The notes under the pieces were generated by a model. The model did not search any database. It had not been told where the DNA came from and saw only the letters and a list, made by a program, of their open reading frames with translations. 64,000 nucleotides of DNA from Paraspadella gotoi (taxonomy: Eukaryota > Animalia > Chaetognatha): positions 26,125,011 through 26,189,010 of the forward strand of contig CM119264.1 in assembly GCA_051294375.1 (NCBI GenBank), read 5' to 3'. The position numbers and the translations under genes were made by a program. Shown here one piece after another: positions 51,948 to 64,000 of the stretch. Numbering within the stretch: position 1 is the first letter of the stretch; the number at the start of each line of letters is the position of its first letter.

Positions 51948-52809
51948 CGCTCAAAGTGAATATCACTTCGCGGACTAAATGGTTCAGAAAAAAGTCGGAG
52001 TTGGAGAAAAAGGAGGAAAGAAATGGAAGAAAAATCGAAGGAGCCACAGAAGAAAGAATTTGGAGGAAAGAAAAAAATAGAGATAAAAAAGGAGAAAAAA
52101 AAAGACTTTATAAAAAGAAAACAAATGAAATAAGAAAAATATAGACAAAAATGAAGGAAAGGAAAGAAAGAAAGAAAAGAGCAAATAGAGATAAAACATG
52201 AGGGAAAGAAAAGAAAGAAATCGCAGAGAATAATAGAGTAAAGGAAGATATTCGAGGAAAGATAAGAAAGAAATAAAAAAGAAACAAAAAATTGAGGTAA
52301 GAAAAGAAAGGAAGAAAGGAAGAAAGGAATGGGCGAAATAGGGATCGATATAAAAGGCCAAATAATTTGGAAGAAATAGAGTACTTACTATAAAGTGAGA
52401 GAAAAAAAAAATCTAACAAACGACGGAAGATTATTTTGACGCAGAAAAAAAGAAGGAAATGAAAGGAAAGATCGGGAAAGTATAAAAGGAAATAAGATGA
52501 AGGAAGAGGAAAGGAAGTTAAACCCGAAATGCATCTCGGAATGAATTTTGGCGAATGGTTTACCGGAGTTTTGATTAGACGTAAGGTGCTTGGTGGCAAG
52601 CAATTCGGAAAGTAAAAATTAAGCGAAGGAAAAAGATTGGATAATTAAGTCGTTTTTATAAGATTAAAAATTAAACGATTAGCGAATCCGTCGGATCACT
52701 GACCGAGGTCTGAGGTTTATTGAACTTTAATTTCTTTTTTTAATTTTGCTTCCTTTACTTTAGGATTATTTTAATATTTTCAAATTTTCCGTGATGTCGA
52801 TATACAATT

Positions 52810-52842
<33 letters not shown>

Positions 52843-53644
52843 CAGAGAGAGGGAGAGCGGAGGAAACTTTGGATTTGAACTTAAAAACCAGAGTCTCGCC
52901 CTCAAAGCCGATGATGGGGATTAGGGAAAAGGAAGCTTTCCACTTGGTTTTTGGGTAAATAGAGAGGAGGAAAAAAAGGAAAGGAAAAAGAAAGGAAAAA
53001 GGAGTCCTTTCTACAAAAAAAGGGGAGAAAGAGAGAGGAGAAAAAAAAAGATAAGACATAAAAGAAAGGAGAACCAAAAAAAAAAAAAAAAAAAAAACAA
53101 TACTAAACAGAAATGAAAAGAGTGAAGATGAAAGAGAAAAGAAAAAAAAAAGAAAGAATTGGGATTCCACTGAATATGCAAAACCGTCGTCGTCGTCGTC
53201 GTCGTTTAGGCTCGAGACTCATCCGGTCTCAAATGTTGATGTTGATGTTGAACTCAAACATGATGTTGTTCTCTCTTTTTTTTCGAGAGCGCGTTGCCCT
53301 TGTCTCGCAATATCATTTCTGCTGTTGTACAAAGTCACAAGGCTCTTGTGTTAAATTTGATAATGCGTAGAAAACAGGTTTTCCCGCCCTTTGATTTTAG
53401 CCCAATAACACGCTGTTCCTTTTTTAAATTATAATGTTGTATTTTGAATTTCATTTTTGCTATTTAAAATAGTTTAGAGACGAAAAGAAAAAATCGTTGG
53501 AATAGCAATTTTTATTTTTAATATTGTTATTTTTTCGTTTCATCTCTAAATTATAATATTTTAATATTATTTATGGAATTTCCTTTCTTATTCGTTGCGT
53601 TATGGATTTTTTTTACAAAGCAGAGAGTTTTTATTTCGACAACC

Positions 53645-53767
53645 AACGATATAATTAATTAACGGACATGTTTCGACTCTGTTTCGCGTTGATGAACCTT
53701 GTTAAATCAAACGCTGACAAAGATTCGAAAACAAAACAGTCGAAACATGTCCGATTATATTATCGTT
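53645..53767. repeat. Fold-back element with a perfect 16-bp inverted core containing GAAACATGTC
   Basis: CGGACATGTTTCGACT (53663-53678) pairs with AGTCGAAACATGTCCG (53738-53753); outer imperfect arms aacgatataat / attatattatcgtt. Confidence 0.75.
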
Positions 53768-54149
53768 ATTATTGTTAAACAAATAGTTGTTTTCGCCAAT
53801 AAAAACACAACGAAAAAAAAGACGTAACACAATATCGTTGTTTGTTTAAATAAAAAATCTCTGCTTGGTAAAAATATTTTAATATTATAATCAATTTAAT
53901 CATTATTGATAAAACTACAGAATTATACAAGTTATTATGATGAAATACAAAGTCCGTAAAGCGAAATGTCAAGACTGTTTCGTTTACAAAATAGGATTCG
54001 TGCTACAAATTGAGGTTCAGATCCGTTTTATATCCGAGCTCGATTTGCTTTATATTGGGATCATTACTCATTAGTTAATTGTTTCTTCACAAAACAAGAA
54101 GAAAATAAATGATAGTACTGTGTCAAAATAAAAAAACAAGAGGGAGAGG

Positions 54150-54209
<60 letters not shown>

Positions 54210-54229
54210 ACCGGAAATGAGTTCTTCCC

Positions 54230-54457
54230 GATTCATCGCGCGTCAAAACCAATTTCCATATTTTCATTCGCGTTCGCACGTAGACAGACACGCGCATGCG
54301 CAGTAGACGCCGCGCACGCACTTGAACACTACTACGAGTTGCGTGGCGACTAGAACTTTTCTCCCTGCTGTCAGACGAAAAGATGAGAGGGAGAGGGAGA
54401 GAGGTGGCGGCGGGAAGAGAGAGAGAGAAGAGAGCCAGAGAGAGAGAGAGGAGAGAG

Positions 54458-54539
<82 letters not shown>

Positions 54540-54585
54540 GAGAGAGAGGAGACGAGAGAGAGAAGAGAGAGAGAGAGAAAGAGAG
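54230..54585. promoter_or_regulatory. Candidate promoter/enhancer: NRF1/EWG-type palindrome in a CpG-rich patch between GAGA tracts
   Basis: CGCGCATGCGCA at 54291-54302 fits YGCGCAYGCGCR; flanked by long (GA)n. Motif evidence only. Confidence 0.3.
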
Positions 54586-54819
54586 CAAAGATGAGACAAA
54601 CAGCCATGAGCCAAGAGAAAGAGACTGAAAAATCTTTAATACAACAAGAGAAGAAAAACAAAAAAAAACACAAAAAACCTAAAGAAAAATAAATAAAACA
54701 CAGGCCTCTAAACAAAGAGAAGGAAAAGAAAAACAACACACAAAACACTCACACACCTCCAAGTCAAAAAAGAGGCTAAAAAAAAAGTGGAGAAAAAAGC
54801 TTTGAGCGGTAAACAAAGG

Positions 54820-55286
54820 GAGAACCCGCGCTTTATGCGCATACATAAAAAGTTCCAGGTCGTGATTGAACCTCGAAGCTGATTCTTCAAACGGCCCGCG
54901 CCAGACGAGCACCAGGCAACCGATCGCCCCGAAGCAGTCGAACAGCCACGCCCAATTTTCACAGCTTTTGACGCCGGTGCAAGCTGAATGTTACCATTGA
55001 CCGTGTGAACATTTTCTAACGGGTCTCTAGGGTCCCTTTGACCACATCAACAAGGGTCTCTAGGGTCCCTTTGACCACATCAACAAGGGACACATACCCT
55101 GGACTGCGTAACGAAAACTCGCGGTTCAGCGCGATAGTCACCGGACAAACTTGAGGACGACCACCGCTGAGAGAACCGACTCCACTCCTCGCCACTCCTC
55201 GCCACTCCTCTCAGTGATCGCCCCTCCTACCGGGGGGAGGCTTTAAGCGGGTCAATCTCCGGGGTTAATCCCGTACGAAAAAAAAA
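54820..55286 (+). mobile_element. 5'-truncated non-LTR retrotransposon 3' end (R1-clade-like UTR) with A-tail
   Basis: GC-rich island ending 'ggggggaggctttaagcgggtc...aatcccgtacg-A9'; contains a perfect 33-bp tandem duplication (55021-55086) and (ccactcctcg)x3. 5' boundary approximate, no TSD seen. Confidence 0.5.
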
Positions 55287-56671
55287 CCAAACTTTTCCAT
55301 CCCTTCACTAAATTTTCATTTAGCCTGTCCCGGTTCCAAAAAGAAGGATGGGGCAGTTTGGGTTTGGGGGTGCCGAAGGGGGGGGGTGCGAAGGGGGGGG
55401 GAGTGGGACGGAGAGTAGACGAGGGTAAAGGTTTGACTTTGAGTCTAAGTCGCGAATTCGTTGCCCGAAAGGAAAAAAAAAAAAAAAAAACAAAAGTTTC
55501 AAATTACCATTTTTAAAAAGGTAAAAAAAGTGAAATAAAAATGATTAAAAAAAAAAAGTTGTTTTTTTCTAAACATAATATACCAGAAGTTATATATAAT
55601 ACACTTTCAAAAATGTAAACGAATATTTCTCGCACAAACTGAGTAAAATATTAGTAAAGAATTAGTAAATTGCTTTGCCGACGAAAAGTATTTATGAATA
55701 AATATTTTGATAAAAAGAAAAAATATTTTACAAACATGAAAAAAAGGCAACAAAAACAAAAGAATAAGACGACAAAAAATGACAGAGAAAGACATAGCGG
55801 ACAAAGAATTACAGAGAAAGACATAGCGGACAAAGAAGACAAAAACAACCGACAAGGAAGAAGACATTTTACGTGACAAAGTGGAAAAAAATCGCCGACA
55901 AAGAGGAAAGAATCCACCGACGAAGAAGAAGCATGAGCCGACAAAGAGAAAAGAATTAGCCGACGAATGGGCAGAAATCGAGAGAAAATGGAAAGGCAAA
56001 AAGCGAGCAAAGGTTTTCCGCTCGACTAGACACCTGGAATATTGATGTCCCAGGAGTCGGGATTTTGTTTAACAGACCCTCAGTTTAACCTTTCCTAAGT
56101 TTCCTTGGATTTTTATTATAATAGAATATTATTTTTATTATAATAGAATATTGCGCCTAAGTTTTTATTTTTTTTTATTAAACAATGAATCTAAAGTTCA
56201 AATAAAATTTATAAAGAAAATCCCGAAAACTAACGAAAACAAAACAAAAGCGAGAACAAAATCTCAAGGCGTGAATTGTGAAAGTAAACAAAAAAGTAAA
56301 CAACAAATAATCCGCCCCGCACTCTCCCCCCACCAAAAAAAAAAGAAAAACTGGCCGCGAAATAAAACTAAGAAAAAAAAAGAAAGAATCCAAACAAAAG
56401 GGAAGTCGACCCCGCGGATCAGAGCGCCGCGAGCGACAAGCGGCGATCCGGCAAATCAGTCTCGCCGCCAAACCTCTTCGTTGTCCCGGGGTCAACGCTC
56501 CCATTCATCAAACGCGCCCCGGAGAACTCGCGCCGAAAAAAAAAGTCATTCGTCAAGAGAAACTTCGTCGAAACCTTTTCACTAAAACCGGAAAACAAAA
56601 GAGTTTTCATTAATTAAAATAATTAATTATAATTATTTTTTTTTTAATTCGAAACTACGATGTCATGATTG

Positions 56672-56751
<80 letters not shown>

Positions 56752-56973
56752 CTCATTGAAACTGACTAAAAATTAAATTTCATAGAAGACAATATATGTA
56801 TTGTAATTTGTATACTATAATTAATAACTCAATTGATCCTTTCAAACTCTAAACCCACTCGACACAATCAACGTCTCCAGGTCCCGACGCCGCTAAGAGA
56901 CGCCGAAAACGGGCGACGCCCACATCCGGTCACGTGATCTCAAATCAGGAAGGGCGACTTTTGTTTACGACAA

Positions 56974-57014
<41 letters not shown>

Positions 57015-58705
57015 ATATCAACATTGGGAGCAGAAAAACAACAATGTTATCGGTTTTATTAGTGCGTACGTATTTGTTACGAGAAAGAGACGAATGAGAG
57101 AGAGAGAGAGAGAGGGAGAGAGAGAGGAACATTCTCATTTATAAACCACGTTCATTTGAACAAGAATACAAAATATAAACAGAATCCTGGAGACGTAGGT
57201 ACGAGTTACAAAACGGAAAGAAAAATAAGAGGTATAAATATTTTATTTAACGAGTCATATCTCTAGGTCTGGCCCTCTGCTTCGATATTTGTTCAGCTTT
57301 CTCCCCCCCCCTCTCTCTCTCTCCTCTCTCTTTTATTTCTTCCCCGACGTAAATTCATTTTTCATTTTCTTCTCGGCTCCACATCGAGAAAAAAACCTAG
57401 AAATAAAAAACAAGAAAAACAAAACACAAAAAACACACAAAACAAGAAGAGGAATAAACGAGTAAATAAATAATGAGAAAGTCATTTCTCTTTTCGGAGA
57501 TTTTCCGAAAATGCCAAAGAAGAGATTTTTATAAATGCAGAAATACTCACAGTGCCGATGCAGACATACGAAACGCCGCAGAGACGAAATAGATGAATTT
57601 GTCTTGCCGACACAGACATACCAAATGCCGACACAACGAAAAAAAAAACATCTCAAGATTTTCAATAAGAACCGATTGAGGTCAATTGATGCTGAGGTAA
57701 GCCGATCGGGATAGTTTAACTGAAAAGTATATTTATAAATAATGTTTAAAAATGAAAATATTTAAAAATAAACAAGCAGAAACGATATCTAGACTAACTG
57801 TACCGTACTTACTTAGTTTTGAACGTATAGCCCATGGCCAACAACATTTATTAACATCCTGACTAAATACTATCTTCCGGATTCAATACCTCGACTTTCC
57901 AACTCATACCGATTCAATGCGGCAAGAGAAAAAAGGTCAGAGGCGTCTTCATAATCATTTTAACTTTTGAACCGCGCCTCGTTTGTCGGGAAGAGAAAAA
58001 GGCGGAGGAGAGGAAAGATGGCGCTGAATGGAAGAGTTGAAGGAATGACAAGAGTGAATAGAGAGAGAGCGAGAGAGTGAAAGTTGTGATTGAATGCTTG
58101 CAGTGCTTTGCAATGTTGTGATGGGGACCTTCACAGACTTTCCAAAATCAGAAGCCACGATTCCCTAAATTGATACTATTTTAATTTTTGGTGCATTTTT
58201 TATATACAGATGAGAGCGACATGGATGAAGAGAATATAATTAAATATAATATATAGCGATATTTATTAAATTCTTACATTTATTTTAAAATTGTAATATA
58301 AAATTTATTAAAATTTATTAAAATTTATAAAATTAAAATAAAAAATATTATTAATTTTTTTTAATTTTTAATATAAAATTTTAAAGTCTAATTTACTAAA
58401 AGAAGTAATCTTGCAATTTTTCATAGACTGACAAGCTAACACTGCGAAAGATAAATATGTGAATGATAATATTGATTCGTAAAAATATGAAATAGCAACT
58501 TCTCTACAGACAAGCAGACTTATAACTTACAAGCATGCAGTCTTAACAAGATAATTTACATTTTTCTTTCAATTTTGGCCAAGATCCCTTTAAAGGAGAA
58601 ATTTTTCACGAAAAAGAAAAAGACTTTTTATGCTTGAAATTTGAAAATCTTTTTTTTTATTCCTCTCTTATCCATTATGAAACTCGCTAATGCCCGCCAG
58701 CTTCC

Positions 58706-58841
<136 letters not shown>

Positions 58842-59634
58842 GAATGATTTATATCCAGTATCTGTCTCCATAATAGTGCATCAGGACGACTAACAACAGC
58901 GCAAACTTCTCATCAGCGAATTTACGACTGCGAAATCGCGGAATTACTCTGGATGGAGAGATTGAGATGGAGAGGAGAAGATAGAGATGGAGTCAAGAAA
59001 TGGCGGATATCATCTTTGGCAGATTCTCTCGCGCTGGCGAGAAAGTTATCTTCATCTTCGTGTATTCCGGGCATCTCCGACTTTGACTCTCTCTGTCTCT
59101 CTCTCTCTCTCTCTCGTCATCTCCTCTCTCTCTGTCTTTCTCTCTCGCTCTGTTTTTCACTCGCTCTCTCTCTGCGTCTCTCAAGAGAGCTAAAAAGAGT
59201 TGGAAAGGCGCTAGGAGGAGGCGTGACACCTGAAAGCCAAGGATGAAGGTGTCACTAGAGAAACGCCGTTAAAAGAGAGGAGAAACTCTTTCTTTCTTTT
59301 TTACTTTTCTTCTTTCTTTTTTTCTTTCTTTCTTTCTCTCTGATTTTCCTTTTTTATCTATTTACTTCTTTCTTTCTTTCTTTCTTTCTCTCCATCTCTC
59401 TCTTTCTTTCTTTTTTCTTTTTCATTTTTTCCCTTTTTTTGTTTCTTTTTTAATTTTTTTTCCTTTCTTTCAATTTTTCTTTATTTCTTTTCAACTTTTT
59501 TTAATCTTTTTTTTTTCATTTTCTACTTTCATCCTTTCCTATTATCTACTCTCCGCTCTTTACCTACCGAGCCCTCTCATTTTCTCTCTTCTATTTTCTC
59601 ATTTCTTCTTTATTTTTCGCTCTCTCTCTCTCTT

Positions 59635-59672
<38 letters not shown>

Positions 59673-60609
59673 TCTCTCTCTCTCCATCGACGAACGAGGG
59701 AAGTCGAGGAATCAATTAAGTTCCAAATGGACGATTTCTTTCACACTTCTTCCCTCCTTTCTCCCTTTCCCCCTCTCATCCCCCTCTTTCAAACCGAATT
59801 TGCTCAAAGTTCACATAAAACTTTCTAAGAGAAAAAAAAAGGAAAAAAGTTCCCGGATGAGGTAAGATGGCGACGACTGTGTTTCCACCGATTGGTGAGG
59901 AAACGAGGCGCCCGATTTGCGTCCGAAAAAGGTGTTCGCTTCTTTCGAGGGGCAGACGACGTTTTTTCTGGGTTTTCGTCGCTAGGCAACGAGGGTCATC
60001 GGGTGGCAAATTTCGTGGCGGCCCGCGTAGGTCCGGATTTGGCGGAAAGAAAAAAAAAGGCAGTCGTGGTCGAGACTCGGCGGGTGTGGGTTTTATTGTG
60101 TGAAGAGATTGTGGTTTAGGTATTAAGGGTCGTGGAAATGAAATGGAAACTGGAAAGTGATAGACCAAGAAAACAAGAAAACAAAGAGTTGGACACGAAG
60201 AATTAGGAAAGAGGGTCATTTGTGGTAGGCTGTGACTTGACAAATACGGAAAGATAGCCAAGAAAACTAAAACAAACAAAGAATACTACATATATATGCC
60301 ATTAAAATACAAATGAACAAATGAAAAGGTACTTTATGAAAAAAATAAAAGCAAACGGGTAAATTGGAAATCGAAATTTCGCTTCGTTACCCAAGAGTTG
60401 AGAGTCAAAAATCCTCAAGGAAAAGAGGAAAAATCTCTTAAGCCTAAATGGGTAATTTTTGAAAGCCCAAATGTCGTTAAGGCTTAAAATTCATGAAAGC
60501 CCAAAGTCGTAAACGAAACAAAGAAACTCGAGAAATTCAGTTTTTACGTTTTCAAAAGAGAACATCCTCGGTAAAATCTTTCTCTAAAGCCTTCTTCAAT
60601 TAGACAGGG

Positions 60610-60690
<81 letters not shown>

Positions 60691-61867
60691 CTTTCTTTAG
60701 TACTCATTTCTTGGCTGCTGAATTTTTTTTTTTTCGCTGTCCCTTCTTTTATGGTCTTTTTTTCTTCTTTGCTTTTATCTGTTTGTCCCTCGAAACGAAT
60801 ATTCTTTCTTTCAATTTTATTGCAAATTGAACTCTCTCTCTCTGACTCTGTCTCTCTATTTTTCTTTGTCGTTTTCACGATTGCCGCCAAGTACCCAACG
60901 AAAATAACCGGGAATATGTTTCACGGCTCCATTTTTTTTTTCAGGTGTTCCACGATTGGCAGGGACGAGAAAAGAAAATTTGCATTTTTTTATTCCTTTT
61001 TTTTATTTCGTCAAAGTCGAATAAAATGCAAATATTCAAAAAATAATTTGCATAAAAGAGAGAAAAGGTGAGACTTAGAAAGACTTTGATAATATATTAT
61101 TCTCGCATAAAATTCTTTCTCTCTCTTTCGTCGTTTTGTTGAGTGATTTACTTTACCGAAACGAAATAGAAATCCCAGTCGCGGTTCAGAATTTAAAACT
61201 AAAGTGAGGAAAGCGAAAGTCTGTAAAGCTATATTTAATTTCTTTCCTTTTAAATACTTTGGCCTCGAACCCAAACCCTTCGCGTCTTGAAACGAGTATC
61301 TTTCCTTTTGCGCAACCAAGAACTCATCAAGTTAAGTAGATAAGACGCAGATACAATTTCAAGCGAAGAAGTCATCACGTTTCTCACTGAAAATTTTTAA
61401 CTTTGAGGATTTAACTTTTCAGAATTTAAAATTGTAGACGGTGAAGCTTTTAAATCGATTTTGCTTCTCGTAAAATCGGATTGAAATTAGAGGGAATTTC
61501 GCGCGGGCTGGATTCTCTCGAGCGTCGCCATTATCAAGCTTGCTTTCTAGTCTCGAATTCTTACTTTTTAGTAGGATCCGCTTATCTCTATTATATGACG
61601 AAGCTCTGACGAAAAAAGCCAGGGGTTTTTTTAATATATTCTTTTACCGGCCAATGTAGAATGATGGCAATATTGCTATTGTTAAGTTTCAAAGAAATCC
61701 GACCATAATAACCAAAATCTTTGGAAAATCCACCCCTTCCACTATGATCGAAGTGACCTTAAAAATCGGAAAAATTATACGAATGACTTTATTAGAAACC
61801 TTAATGCGTGTTATACTTGATATATATTTTTTTTCATATTTCCAAAAAGTACAAAAATGTCTTTTCC

Positions 61868-62527
61868 ATTTTTATCGTTATTCTCTCTCTCTCTCTCTAT
61901 CTCTCTCTTCTCTCTCTCACTCTCTCTCAGTGACCATAGCGGTTTTTATCAAACTTAACTAAAAGTGAGAGAGAGAGAGAAAGAGAGAGAAATAGAAAGA
62001 AAGAGAGAAAGAAAGAGAGAGAAATAGTTGTCTGAAGAACGAAACTACGTCATAGGAAAAGACTCAGACTATTGGACAAATTTATTTGAGAAATCATACG
62101 CTAAGCGGATTTTTCTTGAGCTTTCTCTAATTTTTTTGCCTCACAAATACGGTAAAACAAAACTTTTAAAGAGAAAAATTAATTAATTCAGTTAAGTGAG
62201 GAAGTTTATGATACTAACGTGGGTTTAAGTGATACAAGTCAAACTTTTTTAAAGCCGTGAATTTTTTTTTCATGGTAAATTTTACTTTTTAGCGAAAAAT
62301 TACTCAATGACAAATAAATTTGTCCAATAGTCTGAGTCTTTTCCTATGACGTAGTTTCGTTCTTCAGACAACTATTTCTCTCTCTTTCTTTCTCTCTTTC
62401 TTTCTATTTCTCTCTCTTTCTCTCTCTCTCACTTTTAGTTAAGTTTGATAAAAACCGCTATGGTCACTGAGAGAGAGTGAGAGAGAGAAGAGAGAGATAG
62501 AGAGAGAGAGAGAATAACGATAAAAAT
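61868..62527. repeat. Near-perfect ~220-bp inverted repeat (61868-62088 / 62311-62527) with a 222-bp spacer
   Basis: Arms are reverse complements apart from CT-tract length; the ORF track shows the same peptide end 'SHSLSVTIAVFIKLN' on both strands. Confidence 0.95.
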
Positions 62528-62546
62528 TTTAGACAAAGCTGACCAG

Positions 62547-62598
<52 letters not shown>

Positions 62599-63420
62599 TT
62601 GAGTATGAAGGTTGACTGACAAAAATCCGCAGTTGCTCCTTCATTCTACAGGTTTTCTTTTCCTAAATTAAAAAAAAAATCTTACTTACGGACGTAGGAA
62701 GGTTACAAACGTAAATAATTTACTTTTGTTTATCAGTTGAAAATCTCCTTTAGAAGTCCTATAGAAGGGGTATAAAAAAATTAATTCTAAAAATCATTTT
62801 GGTATTTACTCATTTTGCGGATGAAGATTTTTCCCGAATCTGACTCCCGGTTGAAAACTCCTCTTTTACTTTTACTTTAAATAAAAATTTCACCAGCATG
62901 GACTAATTCACTTTACCATGATCGTATCATATTAAAATAACCAAATAAAATGTAAAGAAAAATTTTGAGAGCCCTTCAGATATATGGCTATCGGATTCCT
63001 GAATTCGAAGTTTATTGTAAAATAACAATATATTTTAAATGCGTTTACATTGTATTCAAGTTGAGAAATCCCTTTATTTTATATATAAAAATTACATCGA
63101 AAATATTTTCCCGAGCGGACCAGTCCATTTGAATCTGATAGTTTGATATCAAAATGTTGGTTATTTGACAAGAGGAAAAAAATTTGAGCCCTTCAAATGC
63201 AACAGGATCGGAATCTAGTGTTTTTACATCTATTTTTTACCAGAATTTTTCTCAGGAGCGTTTATATTGTTTGGTAGTCAGATTTGAACAAAAGTCTCCA
63301 TTGAAAAAATTTTCCTCGATCTCTAAAAACGACGTCAGCTCCTATTTATTATTTTTTTAGTCGAATCTGCTTATAAGCAGATCCAGACTCTATAATTCAC
63401 TTTGTCGATCCTTCGGTCCG

Positions 63421-63998
63421 TTGGATGGATGGATTGGAATGAAATTTTGTATGTGGTTAGGGGAAGTGTGTGATTGAGCAGGATTATGAAAATTCGATGG
63501 AATCTGTGTGAGTGGAAATGAGTTTAAATGGAAAAAACAAAAAAAATATATTTCATTATTTGAACATCAATTACTCATGATTGGATGGGGCAATTGACCT
63601 GAAATTTTGTATGTGTGCTGACTAAGCTGGAAATCAAGTTTCGATGGAATTGTTTGAGTGGAAATGAGTTTAAATTGAAAAAAAACAAAAAACCTGTTTC
63701 ACTAATTGATTATGCTTCTTTTTCTTTTTCTTATTAAATGTAAAATGCAAGACGTATAAAATGATCAAATAATTAATCAGTTAATTAATCAATTTGTCAA
63801 TTAATTAATCAATTATTAATTAATCCAGTAAATTAATCAATCAAAACAAACATTTCGGGTCAAGTTAATTAACTAAATGACAAATTAATTAATTAATTTA
63901 ATTTAACCTTGAATTAATTATTTATTAAAAAAATTTCAATTAATTATTAATTATTTAATAACGAGTGGAAGTGAGTTTAAGTGGAAAAAAAAACAAAC
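63421..63998 (+). repeat. Degenerate ~160-bp direct repeats, probably transposon-internal
   Basis: 'ttggatgg...tgaaattttgtatgtg...ttcgatggaat..gt.tgagtggaaatgagtttaaat.gaaaaaa' at 63421 and 63581, with a partial third copy at 63963. Confidence 0.7.
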
Positions 63999-64000
63999 GT

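Noticed and set aside
62032-62051. Hammerhead-like string CTGAAGA-ac-GAAAC-tac-GTC inside the inverted repeat
   Set aside because: Only 2 nt separate the core halves, leaving no stem II, and stem I would be 4 weak pairs.

Overview
AT-rich, microsatellite-dense, almost entirely non-coding eukaryotic DNA. Abundant CpG and (CT)n/(GAC)n tracts suggest an insect, but the taxon cannot be established from sequence alone. No ORF in the six-frame track resembles a recognisable protein; nearly all are translations of simple repeats or N-runs. About two thirds of the window (1-42.2 kb) consists of three kilobase-scale tandem duplications, each arranged around an exactly 25-N gap and differing mainly by homopolymer indels. 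This pattern points to long-read gap filling or uncollapsed haplotypes rather than true segmental duplication. Well-supported features are a 1.2-kb non-autonomous DNA transposon with TIRs and an 8-bp TSD (46269-47470), a ~5.8-kb array of a 70-bp unit (30195-35980), two GC-rich retroelement-like fragments, several fold-back structures and minisatellites. The best candidate for something new is the 70-bp array. On the minus strand each unit begins with a tRNA-Val-like 5' end (A-box region) and folds into a strand-specific, G.U-containing hairpin. The array lies in a ~7.9-kb block that is present in one copy of the locus and absent from the other. There is weak evidence for a minus-strand gene with long introns (candidate exon at 42.3-42.5 kb, candidate promoter near 54.3 kb).
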